Counted from the stretch's first letter, positions 8,464-21,600 are shown. The stretch: DNA of 39,044 bases from Bacillota bacterium (GCA_021846365.1 JAJZXC010000001.1:1-39044); one strand, 5' to 3'. Numbers and translations: made by a program. Notes: generated from the sequence alone by a model not told the origin.

Positions 8464-9108
8464 TCAGCCCATCCATCGGATCAGCGTGGCCCAGTGCCTG
8501 GCCACCCGTTCCGCCCCTGCCTGCAGCAATTCCTCTTCCGGATGAGTATTATGAGCCAGTCCCCAGACGCGCACTCCAGCGGCTCGCCCCGACTGCATGT
8601 CGTAGGGACTGTCGCCGATAAATAGGGCCCGCCGAGGGGACGCCTGCAGGCGCTTCAGCGCCTCGATCACCGGTGCCGGATGCGGTTTATGCTGGTCGGT
8701 GTCCTCGCGGGCAACCACGGTGGCCAGCAAGCTGTCCAAGCCAAAGAGCTCCAGTCCATGCCGAGCCAGGTCGCGCCGCTTGGAGGTGACCACACCCAGT
8801 TGAAGCCCGCGCTGGTGAAAGCCGCGCAAGGCCTCATCGGCCCCCGGCACCAGGCGGACCAAACTATCATGCTGGGCCCGGTTATGCGCCAGATAGGTGG
8901 CCAGCAGGGCATCAAAGCGCGCGGCCTCAATCTCCGGCGCCAGCGCTCGCAAGCTTTCTTCCAGAGTTCGACCGAAGTGGCGAATCAGGTCGGCGTCTGC
9001 CGGCACCCGTCCCAACACCGTCCTCGTCGCGTGGCGGAGACTGGTCAGGATGAGTGGCGTGGTGTCCAAGATCGTCCCGTCCAAATCCAGCAATACCGTA
9101 TCCAACAC
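8464..9108 (-). CDS. HAD-superfamily phosphatase (PpaX / phosphoglycolate phosphatase-like)
   Basis: HAD motif I is LLDLDGTILDT, motif II VVTSK and motif IV FIGDSPYD. The start is taken as the GTG at 9108, with AAAGGAG 8 nt upstream. The ORF is open to a TTG at 9129. Confidence 0.8.
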   Translation of the reverse strand: MLDTVLLDLDGTILDTTPLILTSLRHATRTVLGRVPADADLIRHFGRTLEESLRALAPEIEAARFDALLATYLAHNRAQHDSLVRLVPGADEALRGFHQRGLQLGVVTSKRRDLARHGLELFGLDSLLATVVAREDTDQHKPHPAPVIEALKRLQASPRRALFIGDSPYDMQSGRAAGVRVWGLAHNTHPEEELLQAGAERVARHWATLIRWMG

Positions 9109-9141
9109 TGCCTCGGCTCCTTTTCCCAATCGTTGTCGCCA

Positions 9142-10525
9142 CTACTCGCCAGTTGATGCCGACAGGCGTTCACGCGCCTTTCGGATTTGATTGCGCACCG
9201 CCTCCGGGGCCGTGCCCAACGGCTGTCGGCGGGCCTCAACCAGCGCCTCGGGACTGAGCCCGGCCACATTGGCCGGTTCCAGCCCAGGCAGGTATTCGTT
9301 GACCTCTTGTGCGCTCAGTTGTCCGAAGCCGCGTCCCTCGGCTTCCAGCTTGGCGACCAGCTGGCCCACCCGATGATGAGCTTCGCGAAAGGGCATGCCG
9401 GCTTTGACCAAGAGGTCGGCCAAGTCAGTTGCCGCGCTAAAGTCACTGCCCAACCGCGCCTTTATGATCTCGCGGCGGACGGTGAGCGTCTGCAGCATCC
9501 CCGCGGCCACCGGCAGCAAGGCGTCCAGCGTGTCGACGACGTCGAAGACGGCTTCCTTGTCCTCCTGCAGATCCGAGTGATAGGCCAGGGGCAGGCCCTT
9601 GATGACGGTGAGCAACCCAACCAAGTGTCCAATCAGCCGCCCGCTCTTACCCCGCATGAGTTCGGCGACGTCGGGATTTTTCTTTTGCGGCATCATCGAA
9701 GATCCGGTGGCATAGGCGTCGTCCATGCGGATATACCCGAACTCCTGGCTGGACCATAGGACGAGTTCTTCTCCCAGGCGACTGAGATGCATCCCCAAAA
9801 TCGCTGCCCAGGCCAGCCATTCGACGGCGAAGTCCCGATCGGAGACCGCGTCCAAGGAATTCCCGTACACATCGGTGAATCCCAATAGTTGCGCCGTATA
9901 CGAAGGATCCGTGGGGTATGGCGTGCCCGCCAGCGCACCTGCCCCCAAGGGCGACCGGTCGAGACGCCTTTGCCAGTCATGCAGACGCTCGCGATCGCGC
10001 TCCAGCATGGCCACGTAAGCCAGCCAGTGATGCGCCAGCAACACCGGTTGGGCCGCCTGCAAATGGGTGTACCCGGGAATAATGACGTCCAAATCAACCT
10101 CGGCGCGGTCGAGCAACACGCAAAGCAACTGGGCTACGCCGCCGTCCATACGATGGCCCACGTCGCGCAGATATAAATGCATGTCGAGGGCAACCTGGTC
10201 ATTTCGGCTGCGCGCGGTATGCAGTTTGCCGGCAACCGGGCCAATCTCCTCGTACAGTCTGCCTTCGACGTTCATATGGACGTCTTCCCAGTCGACCCGC
10301 AGCGTCAGGTTTCCACCTTGCCACTTCTCCCGGATGCGTTCTAACCCCGCCTGCAGCAGGTCACCCTCGGCTTGTGTCAGTATGCCTTGATGCACCAGCA
10401 TGCGGGTGTGCGCCAAGGAGCCTTCGATATCGTAGGGCAAAAGCCGCCAGTCAAACCCCACCGAGGCCGTAAAGCGTTGGGAGGCTTCCGCCGGTTGTTT
10501 GGCAAAGCGCGGATTGCGCGCGCGG

Positions 10526-10533
<8 letters not shown>
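9142..10533 (-). CDS. argH: Argininosuccinate lyase
   Basis: 463 aa fumarate-lyase family protein with the GSSMMPQKKNPD signature. Overlaps the argG stop by 8 nt. Confidence 0.95.
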
Positions 10534-11758
<1,225 letters not shown>

Positions 11759-11830
11759 GCACTTTCTCTCCCTTAAGAAATTTGTGCCGGCAAAACCCGC
11801 CATTGCTCGGTGCCGACTGGCCGGGTTCGA

Positions 11831-13000
11831 CTAACCAGCCGTCTCCCCGGCTAACACGTCATCCAAAATTGCCACCGCCGCATCAATCGCCGGCTCATCT
11901 ACAACCAGTGGCGGCAGCAGACGAATCACGTCGGGGGCGATCGCGTTGACCAACAGTCCCTGGCCCAAGAGCCGCTCCACGACCGGGGCACTGGGCATGT
12001 TTAACACGATGGCCCACATCAGGCCGCGGCCGCGAACCGCCCGCACCTTGCTCTGATGGCGCGCCATCAGTTCCAACAAACTGTTTTCCAGCTGAGCCGC
12101 CACCCGCCGCACATGGGTCAGTCCCTCACCTTGCAGCCATTGCACCACCGCTAAACCCACTCGAGTGGCCAGCGGATTGCCGCCAAACGTGCTCGCGTGT
12201 TCCCCCGGCTGCATGGCCGCCACCACCTGGGGCCGCGCCAGCACCGCGCCGATGGGCACCCCGGCGCCAAGCCCCTTGGCCAGGGTGACCAGGTCGGGGG
12301 TGATCTCGTCATCTTCAAAACCAAACCAGGTTCCCGTCCGCCCCATTCCCGTCTGCACCGCATCTACCGCCAAGAGCGCACCGTACCGTCGGCAGAGGTC
12401 GGCCACCGCCCGCAAATACCCTCGGCGGGGAACGATCACGCCAGCCTCACCCTGAATCGCCTCCACCATGACCGCAGCCGGCGAGAGGCTCCGCAGGGCG
12501 GCTTCCAATGCCGGCACATCGTCGTAGGCAACGGCGGCAAACCCCTCCGGCAGCGGGCGAAACGGGTCTTGATACTTAGGATTCGGTGTCATCGCCAAGG
12601 AGCCCAGGGTCCGCCCGTGAAAGCCGCCCTGCATGGACAGGATGCAGTGCCGGTTGCTGGCCAGGGTGTGGCGGCGAATAAATTTAATCGCCGCCTCGTT
12701 GGCCTCGGTGCCCGAGTTGGCAAAAAACACCTGCCAGGTTCCCGAAATCTTGGCCAAGGCGCCGGCCAGTTCCATGGCCGGCCGGTTCCAGTACAAGTTG
12801 GAGGTGTGCAACAGCGGAATCGCCTCCGCAATCGCGGCTTTGACCAGCGGGTGATTGTGCCCTAGCGAGGTCACCCCGATACCAGCCAGGAAATCCCAAT
12901 AGGCCCGACCTCGTTCGTCAAATACGCGAACCCCCTCGCCCCGGCTCAACACCAGGGGATAGCGCCGTATGAACGGAACTAACGCCTCACCGCCCTCCAC
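11831..13000 (-). CDS. argD: Acetylornithine aminotransferase
   Basis: Class-III aminotransferase (FANSGTEANEAAIK, DAVQTGMGRTG, TLAKGLG). The GTG at 13000 is preceded by AAGGAGGAG. The ORF is open to 13048. Confidence 0.9.
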   Translation of the reverse strand: MEGGEALVPFIRRYPLVLSRGEGVRVFDERGRAYWDFLAGIGVTSLGHNHPLVKAAIAEAIPLLHTSNLYWNRPAMELAGALAKISGTWQVFFANSGTEANEAAIKFIRRHTLASNRHCILSMQGGFHGRTLGSLAMTPNPKYQDPFRPLPEGFAAVAYDDVPALEAALRSLSPAAVMVEAIQGEAGVIVPRRGYLRAVADLCRRYGALLAVDAVQTGMGRTGTWFGFEDDEITPDLVTLAKGLGAGVPIGAVLARPQVVAAMQPGEHASTFGGNPLATRVGLAVVQWLQGEGLTHVRRVAAQLENSLLELMARHQSKVRAVRGRGLMWAIVLNMPSAPVVERLLGQGLLVNAIAPDVIRLLPPLVVDEPAIDAAVAILDDVLAGETAG

Positions 13001-13754
13001 CAGCGTCTCCTCCTTCTCCCACCAGTTCGGTCCCGCTCCCCGCGGCATAGCCGCCGATGACCACCCGGCGCACGCCTTGGGTCAAAGCCGCCACTCCGGA
13101 ACGAATCTTGGGAATCATCCCCTCGCTGGCGCGGCCTTGGTCTATCCAGGCCAGGCCTTCAGCGGCGGTTAGGCGCGCGACCCTGGTCTCTGGATCATTG
13201 ACCTTTTGGCGGATGCCCCCGGTATCGGTGTAAAAAACCAGATAGTCCGCGCCCAATGCGCCCGCCAGCGCCCCCGCCGCCGTGTCCCCGTTCACGTTCA
13301 GGATCCCCCCTCTGCCGTCGGAGGCCAGCGGCGCTACCACCGGCACCAGCCCCAGCGACCACAGCCCTTCGATTAACCCCGGATGAACCGTCTCCACGGT
13401 GCCGACCCGGCCCAACTCAGAAAGCCGGGGACGGGCGGTCAACAGGCCGCGGTCGATGCCCGAAATCCCTATCGCCGGCACCCCCCGCTGATCGAGGTAA
13501 GCGGTCAATTCCCCGTTGACCCTTCCTTTGAGCACTCCCAGCACCACCTCTAAGGCCAGCGGAGTGGTCACCCGCTGGCCTTCGATGAAGGTCACCGGCT
13601 CCCCTAGCCGACCCAATTCCTGGCTAATCAGCCGGCCCCCGCCGTGGACCACCACCACCCGGTCGTCGACCGCCAGGCGGTCGGTCAGTTCGTCCAGCCA
13701 GCACGGACGGGCTTGACCCACCACGCTGCCGCCGATTTTCATCACGCCCCGCAT
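12987..13754 (-). CDS. argB: Acetylglutamate kinase
   Basis: Amino-acid kinase fold: KIGGS, VVVHGGG, NVNGDTAAGALA. 255 aa. Confidence 0.92.
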   Translation of the reverse strand: MRGVMKIGGSVVGQARPCWLDELTDRLAVDDRVVVVHGGGRLISQELGRLGEPVTFIEGQRVTTPLALEVVLGVLKGRVNGELTAYLDQRGVPAIGISGIDRGLLTARPRLSELGRVGTVETVHPGLIEGLWSLGLVPVVAPLASDGRGGILNVNGDTAAGALAGALGADYLVFYTDTGGIRQKVNDPETRVARLTAAEGLAWIDQGRASEGMIPKIRSGVAALTQGVRRVVIGGYAAGSGTELVGEGGDAGGGR

Positions 13755-13766
13755 CGTTTCCTCCCC

Positions 13767-15008
13767 TCACGTGCGGTAGTGTGCATTAATGTGGACATAG
13801 CCTTCGGTGAGATCACAGCCCCAGGCCTCGGCACTGTCGCCACCGGCCGCCAGATCGAGCACCCACTCCACCTCCGGCCGTTCCATGGCCTGGCTCCAAC
13901 CGGTCTCATCGGCCTTCACCGGCTGACCGCGGACGTACAGGTCCCATCCATTGAGGGAAAGCGACGCCCGGTCAGGATCCCACCCCTCGCCAACCGCTCC
14001 CGCCGCCGCCAAGACTCGGCCCCAATTCGGGTCGCGGCCGTATACCGCCGCCTTCACCAGCGCCGAGCGGGCCACCGCCCGAGCCTTGAGGGCGGCGTCG
14101 GCCTCGCTCGCCGCACCGCGCACCACCACCGATATCAAATGCGAAGCCCCCTCACCATCTGCCGCAATCAATCGCGCGCCGTGGCGAGCGATTGCCGTCA
14201 AGGCCGCCTCGAAAACCTTCAGATCCTCAGCAGTGCTCACCGCCACGCCGGCAGCGCCGTTGGCCCAAATCAGGACCATGTCATTGGTAGATTGATCGCC
14301 GTCCACCGACACCCGATGAAACGAGCGGTCTACGGCGCGCCGCAACATGCGGTCCAAAGCCGGCTTGGCCACCACGGCATCGGTGGCAAAAAACGCCAGC
14401 ATGGTGGCCAGGTTGGGATTAATCATTCCCGAACCCTTTACTACCATCCCGATTTCCACCTGCCCGGTGGACAGGGAGATCGTCGCCGCCAACCGTTTGA
14501 TCCCGGTGTCGGTGGTCAAAATCGCCCGCGCGCCGGCCATCCCGTCCGCCGGCTGGCCTTGTCGATAGCGGGCGGCCAGTTCCCCTATGCCGCGGCTGAC
14601 CTTATCCATCGGCAAAGGCACCCCGATCACCCCCGTCGACGCCACCGCCACCGTCTGTGGCCCAACCGCTAAAGCCTCGGCGGTGAGCGTTTGCATGGCC
14701 GTCGCGTCAGCCAGGCCTGGTGGGCCGGTGAGGGCATTGGCGTTCTGGGAGTTGACGATGCCGGCGGTGGATATTCCCCGCCGATGCACCGCCTCGGTGA
14801 CCACCACCGACGCGGCCCTTACCGCGTTGGTGGTAAACAGGCCGGAAAATACGGCCGGCTGAGACGAAACCAGCAACATGACATCTTCCCGGCCGTGGTC
14901 ACCCAAATCGGCCGCCGTACCGTGCATCCAAAATCCGGCGGGGGTGGACACATCCCCGCCATGGAACCTGATCTCCGGCGAAGACACCGGTGGCGCAATC
15001 GTTATCAT
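13767..15008 (-). CDS. argJ: Bifunctional ornithine acetyltransferase / N-acetylglutamate synthase
   Basis: 413 aa with the autoprocessing-site region NLATMLAFFATDA, characteristic of ArgJ. Confidence 0.93.
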   Translation of the reverse strand: MITIAPPVSSPEIRFHGGDVSTPAGFWMHGTAADLGDHGREDVMLLVSSQPAVFSGLFTTNAVRAASVVVTEAVHRRGISTAGIVNSQNANALTGPPGLADATAMQTLTAEALAVGPQTVAVASTGVIGVPLPMDKVSRGIGELAARYRQGQPADGMAGARAILTTDTGIKRLAATISLSTGQVEIGMVVKGSGMINPNLATMLAFFATDAVVAKPALDRMLRRAVDRSFHRVSVDGDQSTNDMVLIWANGAAGVAVSTAEDLKVFEAALTAIARHGARLIAADGEGASHLISVVVRGAASEADAALKARAVARSALVKAAVYGRDPNWGRVLAAAGAVGEGWDPDRASLSLNGWDLYVRGQPVKADETGWSQAMERPEVEWVLDLAAGGDSAEAWGCDLTEGYVHINAHYRT

Positions 15009-15020
15009 CGCATTCTCCCG

Positions 15021-16013
15021 TCAGAGCAACCCGGCCGTGCAAGGGAGACCGATCCACCGGTTGGCGTGCTGAATAGCCTGGCCGGCGGCTCCCTTCACTA
15101 AATTATCGATCGCGCTATAGATGACCACGGTGCCCGAACGCGCGTCTTGGTCGACGGCCAAGGCTACCGCATTGGTATCGCGCACAGTCGCCGTCCGCGG
15201 CTTGCCGGCGTCGGCGGCTACGACCACAAACGGGTTGTCTGCGTATGCCGCGAGCCAACTTTGACGGATGGCGGCCGCCGCTGCCGGTGCCTGGGGGAGA
15301 TAAATCGTCAACAAAATGCCTTGCCGCATCGGCACCCGATGCGGTTGAAAAACCACCGTGCCCCCGCTGACGCACTCCATTTCCCCCGTATGGCGGTGCT
15401 GACCCGGTTGATTGTACGCCTCGACGTTCTCCTGCATCTCTGCCATCAATAACTCCACGCTGGCCGCTCGGCCGGCCCCGGAAACGCCTGACTTGCCATC
15501 GACAATCGCGTAGCCAAGGCTTCCCCAGCGCCGCACCAAAGGCAGCACGGCCACCGCAAACGCAGTCGGATAACAACCGGGATTGCCCAGCAACGCCTTT
15601 TGCGGATAGATGAGGCTATCGTCGTCGGCATAACCGGTAAAGCTCCGCCGATGCAGTTCTGGATCCGGGTGCGGACCATAGTACTGTTCGAAGGTTTCCA
15701 GCCGGGCAAAGCGAAAGTTGGCGGAAAGATCGACAATCTTCGCCCCAGCCTCGGCCAGGCGACGAAGCCGGTCGAGGCCGCGTCCGGGTCCCAGGGCCGA
15801 AAACACCACCTCTGCAGTCGCCAGATCGTCGAACGCCGCCGGCGACGTAAAGCGCTCCGGCAGCCTTGGATGGGGAAACAACACGTCTGCCAAGGGGCGA
15901 TCGGCGGCATGTTCCGACACTGCAGCCACCACCCTGAATTCGGGATGGCGGGCAAGCCATTGCAACAAAGTCAGGCCGGCATATCCGGTCGCACCTAAGA
16001 CTGCCGTTCTCAC
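15021..16013 (-). CDS. argC: N-acetyl-gamma-glutamyl-phosphate reductase
   Basis: N-terminal GATGYAG Rossmann motif and active-site GCYPTA. GTG start at 16013. Confidence 0.93.
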   Translation of the reverse strand: MRTAVLGATGYAGLTLLQWLARHPEFRVVAAVSEHAADRPLADVLFPHPRLPERFTSPAAFDDLATAEVVFSALGPGRGLDRLRRLAEAGAKIVDLSANFRFARLETFEQYYGPHPDPELHRRSFTGYADDDSLIYPQKALLGNPGCYPTAFAVAVLPLVRRWGSLGYAIVDGKSGVSGAGRAASVELLMAEMQENVEAYNQPGQHRHTGEMECVSGGTVVFQPHRVPMRQGILLTIYLPQAPAAAAAIRQSWLAAYADNPFVVVAADAGKPRTATVRDTNAVALAVDQDARSGTVVIYSAIDNLVKGAAGQAIQHANRWIGLPCTAGLL

Positions 16014-16033
16014 GCCATCACCCCTGCCGGATA

Positions 16034-16063
16034 ATTATACTGCACAATTACATTTTTATGCAA
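16034..16063 (-). promoter_or_regulatory. Putative sigmaA-type promoter of the arg operon with an overlapping ARG-box-like site
   Basis: The minus strand reads TTGCAT-18 nt-TATAAT (the -35 is at 16058-16063 and the -10 at 16034-16039). TGCATAAAAATGTA (16049-16062) matches the ARG box core TGAAT-W4-ATTCA at 11 of 14 positions. Confidence 0.5.
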
Positions 16064-16071
16064 CAGCAGGG

Positions 16072-17403
16072 TTAGTACATCGTCAGATATTGCTCGATTT
16101 CCCAGTCGTGGACCTGCTGTCGATAGACGTCCCATTCAATCCGCTTAGCCTCAATATAGCGCTCGGCGATATGCTCTCCCAGCGCTTCCATCATTACCGA
16201 ATCGGCCTCCAGGCGATCCAGCGCGGTGCCCAGATCGGCCGGCAAATTCTCCACTCCCAGTGCCGCTCGTTCATCGGCACTCATGCGGTAGATGTTCCGG
16301 GACACGGAAGCCGGAGGCTCCAGTTTGCGGTAGACTCCGTCGAGGCCGGCGCGAATCGTCAAGGCCAACACCAAGTAGGGATTGCAAGCGGGATCGGGCG
16401 AGCGCAATTCAATGCGGGTGCCTTGGCCGCGTTCGGAAGGCACCCGCACCATGGGACTGCGGATTCCCGCCGACCAAGCCACATAGACGGGAGCTTCATA
16501 GCCCGGCACCAAACGTTTGTAACTGTTGACCAAAGGATTGGTAACGGCGGTAAAGGCCTGTGCGTGGCCCATCAGCCCGGCAATGTAGCGAAGAGCGATG
16601 CGGCTCAATCCATGCGGCCCTTTGGGATCATCAAAGGCGTTTTTTCCGTCCCGGATGAGGCTTTGGTGCAAATGCAGCCCTGAACCATTTACGCCGTAGA
16701 GCGGCTTGGGCATAAAGGTCGCGTGAAAATTGTGCAGGCGAGCCACCGTTCTCACCACAAAGCGGAACGTCGCGATGTTGTCAGCAGTTTTCAGCGCATC
16801 GTCATAGTGGAGGTCGATTTCGTGCTGCCCAGGTGCCACCTCGTGGTGAGTGGCGTCGATTTGAAATCCCATGCGCTCCAATTGCACAACCATTTCCCGG
16901 CGTGCCTCTTCGCCGAGGTCGACCGGCGACAAGTCAAAATACCCGGCCTGATCGCGCGTACGCGTGGTGGCCATGCCGTGCTCGTCGCGCTCGAACAAAA
17001 AAAATTCCGGTTCCGGACCGACCAGCACGCGAAATCCCATCCGCTCGGCGTCGTTTAGAATCCGCTTGAGCGCGCTGCGCGGACAGCCAGGATACGGTGT
17101 CCCGTCAGGATTGGCGATGTCGCACATCAGGCGCGCCGTCGCCCCTTCGACGTGATTGGACCAGGGAAAGACCTGAAAGGTATCCGGGTCCGGGACCAAG
17201 TACACGTCGGCCTCTTCAACCCGCACAAATCCTTCAATCGACGAACCGTCGAACACGATCTCACCGGCCAACGCCCGCTCCATCGCCTCGACCGGAATGG
17301 CCACGTTTTTTACCACCCCGAGAATATCGGTGAATTGCAAGCGGACAAACTTCACATTCATCGCTCGCGCTTCTTGCATGACATCTTCTTTGTCGCGCCC
17401 CAT
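16072..17403 (-). CDS. glnA: Glutamine synthetase, type I
   Basis: 443 aa with GS-I motifs (FDGSSIEGF, KPLYGVNGSGLHLH, NPYL). Confidence 0.95.
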   Translation of the reverse strand: MGRDKEDVMQEARAMNVKFVRLQFTDILGVVKNVAIPVEAMERALAGEIVFDGSSIEGFVRVEEADVYLVPDPDTFQVFPWSNHVEGATARLMCDIANPDGTPYPGCPRSALKRILNDAERMGFRVLVGPEPEFFLFERDEHGMATTRTRDQAGYFDLSPVDLGEEARREMVVQLERMGFQIDATHHEVAPGQHEIDLHYDDALKTADNIATFRFVVRTVARLHNFHATFMPKPLYGVNGSGLHLHQSLIRDGKNAFDDPKGPHGLSRIALRYIAGLMGHAQAFTAVTNPLVNSYKRLVPGYEAPVYVAWSAGIRSPMVRVPSERGQGTRIELRSPDPACNPYLVLALTIRAGLDGVYRKLEPPASVSRNIYRMSADERAALGVENLPADLGTALDRLEADSVMMEALGEHIAERYIEAKRIEWDVYRQQVHDWEIEQYLTMY

Positions 17404-17509
17404 AGGCTCCCCTTCAATCTGTTTGACCTATCATACCACGAGCCTGGTCAGGGGTGGCAGAGGATAGTCCTCAAAGGCCCGGGGCACGCTAGCCCGGGGA
17501 GGTATCGCC

Positions 17510-18100
17510 GTGGGAGAATTTCCGGTTTTGCTATATCGGACGGCCATTTTGTATATGGTGGCCCTGTTGGTTTTCCGGCTGATGGGCAAGCGCACCCTGG
17601 CCAAAATGGGTCCATTTGATTTTGCCGTGTTGATCATGATCGGTGAAGCCGTTGCGCTCGGCATCGAGGATGTGAAGACGCCGCTGTGGAACGCCGTCGG
17701 GGTGACCGTCGCCTTGGGCCTGCTTCAGTATACGCTAACCTGGCTCAACCTCCGCTTTCGAACGCTAGAGAAGATCACCCAAGGAATTCCCGCGCGGATC
17801 GTTCATCAAGGCCAACCCGATGCCAAACGCCTGCGCCAGGAGCGGGTGAGTCACGCCGACCTGATGATGGAGCTCCGACAAAAAGACGTGGAGCATCTAA
17901 GTGACGTCGAGGAGGCGTTTCTCGAACCGACCGGGGAGATCTCGGTCAGGAAATCACCAACCCCGGCCTCATCCGGCAGCCACCATGCTTCCAATACCGC
18001 GGCCGGATCGGAATCGACGGCGCCGGCCTCGAGCATGGATCTGTGGAAAAACGTCACTTCTACTGACCGGCGGGGGACGAAGGCCAAATCCAAGACTTAG
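17510..18100 (+). CDS. DUF421 (YetF-like) membrane protein
   Basis: N-terminal TM segments and the FRLMGKRTLAKMGPFDFAVLIMIGE motif typical of DUF421. GTG start. Confidence 0.8.
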   Translation: MGEFPVLLYRTAILYMVALLVFRLMGKRTLAKMGPFDFAVLIMIGEAVALGIEDVKTPLWNAVGVTVALGLLQYTLTWLNLRFRTLEKITQGIPARIVHQGQPDAKRLRQERVSHADLMMELRQKDVEHLSDVEEAFLEPTGEISVRKSPTPASSGSHHASNTAAGSESTAPASSMDLWKNVTSTDRRGTKAKSKT

Positions 18101-18601
18101 CCGCACCCAGAACTACGGTTGGACTCACCGCTCAAACCAAGCTTGCCAATGCCTCCGTCGCCAGCCTGTCGGGGCTTGGCACGGCTTGTCATTGCCCGTC
18201 AAAGCCGCGGCAATCACGTCGTCTGATCACTCTTTTTCTGCTCGGTGCCAGTGTTCGACAACCCGGAAAAAGTTTACAATAGAAACGGCGCCGTGCATAA
18301 CATAAATTGGATAGCCTTTTCGCTGCGCGTTGCCCGATTGCCTACTGCAGCCTGGGAAAGCCCCGCGCATCTGATCTGACGCGGGTTGTCATGGGCATTA
18401 ATTTAAGCGGCGAGGGATCGCGGGCGTGGCTCGGCAACAGTCTATTCGTCATCGATTGAGAAACTTTTGGAGTTTTGAAACCAAAATGCCACCTACGGCG
18501 TTGGTATGCAGTGGAAACCGTCTTCAGGTTCAGGTTGCGACGGTTCGCCACCACCCTCTTAGTCGATGGGGCTCGGTGTATTTTTCGGTGTATTTTAAGG
18601 A

Positions 18602-21600
18602 GTGATTTTCTTGTCGAAAAGACGATCTTTGAGTTTACTGTGGTCAGCCGGCGCCTTAGGCGGCTTGCTGGCGATGACCGGGGCGCCGGCGTCGACGGCA
18701 TTTGCCGCCGATCCGCCCCATTTAGTCGTCTATGGGCCGTCCGGCACCTTGTCGGTCGGCGCCAACACCGCCATATCGGCCAATGTCGTCGGCGCCACCG
18801 GCATCCCCTACTATCAATTCCGGGTGAATCAGCGCGTCGTTCAGCGATATTCGCCCAACAACCGCATCAACCTAACCCATCTCGCCGCCGGCCCTTACAC
18901 GGTAACCGCGCGTTCGCTGGGCAAGGGCCAGGTTCGGCGAAACCAATGGGGATTGTTCCGCACAAAAACCATTCATTTCGTGGTAGGCTCTCCTCATCTC
19001 ACCGTGAAGGGTCCAACCCACTCGGTCGCCGCCAATCAGAGTACCGTTATCCAGGCGGCGGTGGTTGACGCCTTCAAGACCCCCTATTTCCAATTTAGCG
19101 TCAATGGCAGCGTGGTTCAGGCGTTCTCGGCCCAGGGCACGCTTACCCTCAATAACCTCCAGCCGGGACACTACACCGTACTGGTTGAATCACTGGGACC
19201 GGGACAATACCTTAAACATCAATTCGGGGCCGCGCGCAAGGCGGTCTTGCACTTCTACGTCCCCGCTCCCCGCCCTGTCGCCCACCCCGTACTCAGCGTG
19301 GCGAGCCAGCAAGTGGCTCCCGGCAGCGCCGACACCATCACCGCGGCCGGCATTCCCTCCGGCACAGCAGTAACCTGGTCGGTAATCAGCAGCAACTCCT
19401 CAACCGGATTAATTTCTGGGCAAGGAGACAGTGCCACTTTTGTCGGTACCGCAGCCGGCGACTACACGGTGCAGGTCAGCGCCGATGGCGCCACCGCCAC
19501 CGCCAACATTGTCGTCTACGGATCGGCGACGGGAGTTAACCTGTCCACGGCCAGTACCACCGTGGTGGGCGACGGCGAGGCCATGGATGCGGTCACCGTG
19601 AATGTCGTCGACGCCGGCGGCAACGTCGTGTCCCGCTTTAACGGTACCGTAACGTTAAATGCCGTCAGCGGTGTCACCTATGAGCAGGGCGGGCAAGTGC
19701 TCCCGGTCAACAACGGAACGGTGAGCGTTAGCGTGACCAGCGGTACCGCCACGGTCGACGTGGGCAAGATCGGCGTGCCCGGCATGACCGTGGGGCTGAC
19801 TCCCAGTAGCCTGGTCAGTACCAACGGCCAGAGCGTAGCCAGCACTCCCGCCTATTCGTCAACCACCATCACCAGTTCGCCTCAGGTGGCGACTAGCCTC
19901 AAATTCGTCAATCTCCCCCAGTATCTCGACGCCAACACGGTCGTGTCATCCCCCCTCATCGCAGTCGTCGTCGAAGATCAGGCTGGCTATCCGATGCTCA
20001 CCGGCAACGACACCATCAACGTGTCGGTCAGCGGTTCCGCCACCTTGGTGAACGCCTCCAATAATCAAAATCAACTGACCCTGGCCTACAACGGATTTGA
20101 GGTTCCGGCCGGGGTGCTCAACCCGTCGGCCGAATTTCAGGTCGCGTCTGTTCAAGGCAGCACGGGACAGATTACGCTTACCGCCAGCGCTACCAATCTG
20201 ACCCCCGCAACCGGAACCATCCAGGCGGTCATCGCTGGGGTCCCCTCGCAGATGAGCACCTCTCTGACCACCAACACGTTTGCCGAGGGAAGTTCGGGCA
20301 CGACCCTGCAGTTGCAGGCTGAAGACGCTCACGGGGTTCCGGTCGGCGACAGTTCCCCCTTAGTGGTGACAGTGACCGCGAGTGGCTCCACTAGTGCCGC
20401 CGACAACATCCTGGTCAACGGCACCCCGGGATCGGCCCAAGTGGGTCTCAGTCCGAGCACGGGTGCAGGCTCAGTGACGCTCACCGACACCAACAGCGGC
20501 GCCCACGCCGGCACCTACACGGTGACCGTGGCTCCCGCCAGCGGGTACAGTATCAGTTTCCCCTCCCAGTCGCTGACCTTCACCGAGACTGCGTCCAGCC
20601 TAGCCGGGGTAACCTTCGTCAGTCCGAGCAGCACGATACAGGTGCCGATCGGTAATCCTACCGCCCCCTATCGCCTGCAACTGATGGATCGTTTCGGCAA
20701 CCCGGTTGCCGAGTCTGGCGTTCAGGTCCAGGTGTACGCCGTCGGCCACTCGACCGACAGTCAGAGTTTCGGCCAGGCCACGGTCAACGGTGCCAACACC
20801 TCGGCCAGCAGCCCGGTCACCGTGACCACCGACGCCAACGGCCAGGCGACCGTCACCTTGGCCGCCCAGCAGTATGCGTACGCCGATTGGCAACTGGTCG
20901 CCACCGTGCCCGTGCAAAGCGGGGTTGCTTCGGCGCTGCAAGGCCCGCCTTCGGCCGACATGCTGGTATCCTCGGAGGTTCCCGCCAGCGTCGGCGTAGC
21001 CCTGGAAGACATCACCGCCGGCGCGGACTTTCAGTCTGCGGGCTATGCCGTAGCCGGTGACAACGTCAACGCCACGTTGACCTTAGCCAACCAGTACGGT
21101 ACGCCGCTCACTGGCATGCAGACGGTCACCTTGACGATTCCGCCCGGCTTGAGCGGATCCGAGCCCGCCAACGCGACCGACTCCAGCACGTGGACCCTCG
21201 GCGCCAGCAACACCGTTACGTTGACCCTGCCGCTCGCCAACAACGGTCAGGCAACCGTCCCGCTCAAGGCGTGGACCGAAGGACCCGCCAATCTCTCCGC
21301 ATCGTTGTCGGGGCTGGTAAGCTCGGTGAGCGCCTCGGCCACCATGGTGGTGCAGCCAGGTCCCGCCACCGGCCTAGGCCTGTTTCAAAGCGGCAGCCCG
21401 CTGACCGGCGCTCATCCCCTGACGGTGACGGCCAATCAACCCGTCAGCTTGATGCTAGAGCCCACCGACGTCGCGGGCAATCCGGTGACTTCCAGCCTGT
21501 CCGAAGTCGTCACCTTCACCAATTTGTCGAGTGGGACCGTGCGACCTACCCCGTCGGGAGCGGGACTGTCGACGGTCACCATCCCCGCCGGCCAAGACGG

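Noticed and set aside
13644-14672. Long antisense ORFs opposite well-supported genes, for example 13644-14672 (+, 342 aa), 10886-11776 (+, 296 aa), 27808-29037 (+1 frame, 409 aa), 5080-5877 (+, 265 aa), 15718-16683 (+, 321 aa) and 27746-28408 (-).
   Set aside because: They are Arg/Pro/Gly/His-rich shadow ORFs typical of high-GC DNA. They have no RBS, and each fully overlaps a gene with unambiguous family motifs on the other strand or frame.
17404-17509. Search for a TnrA/GlnR box (TGTNA-N7-TNACA) upstream of glnA.
   Set aside because: The nearest candidate, TGTTTGACCTATCATAC, lacks the second half-site. Only a -10-like TATGAT and the RBS are evident.
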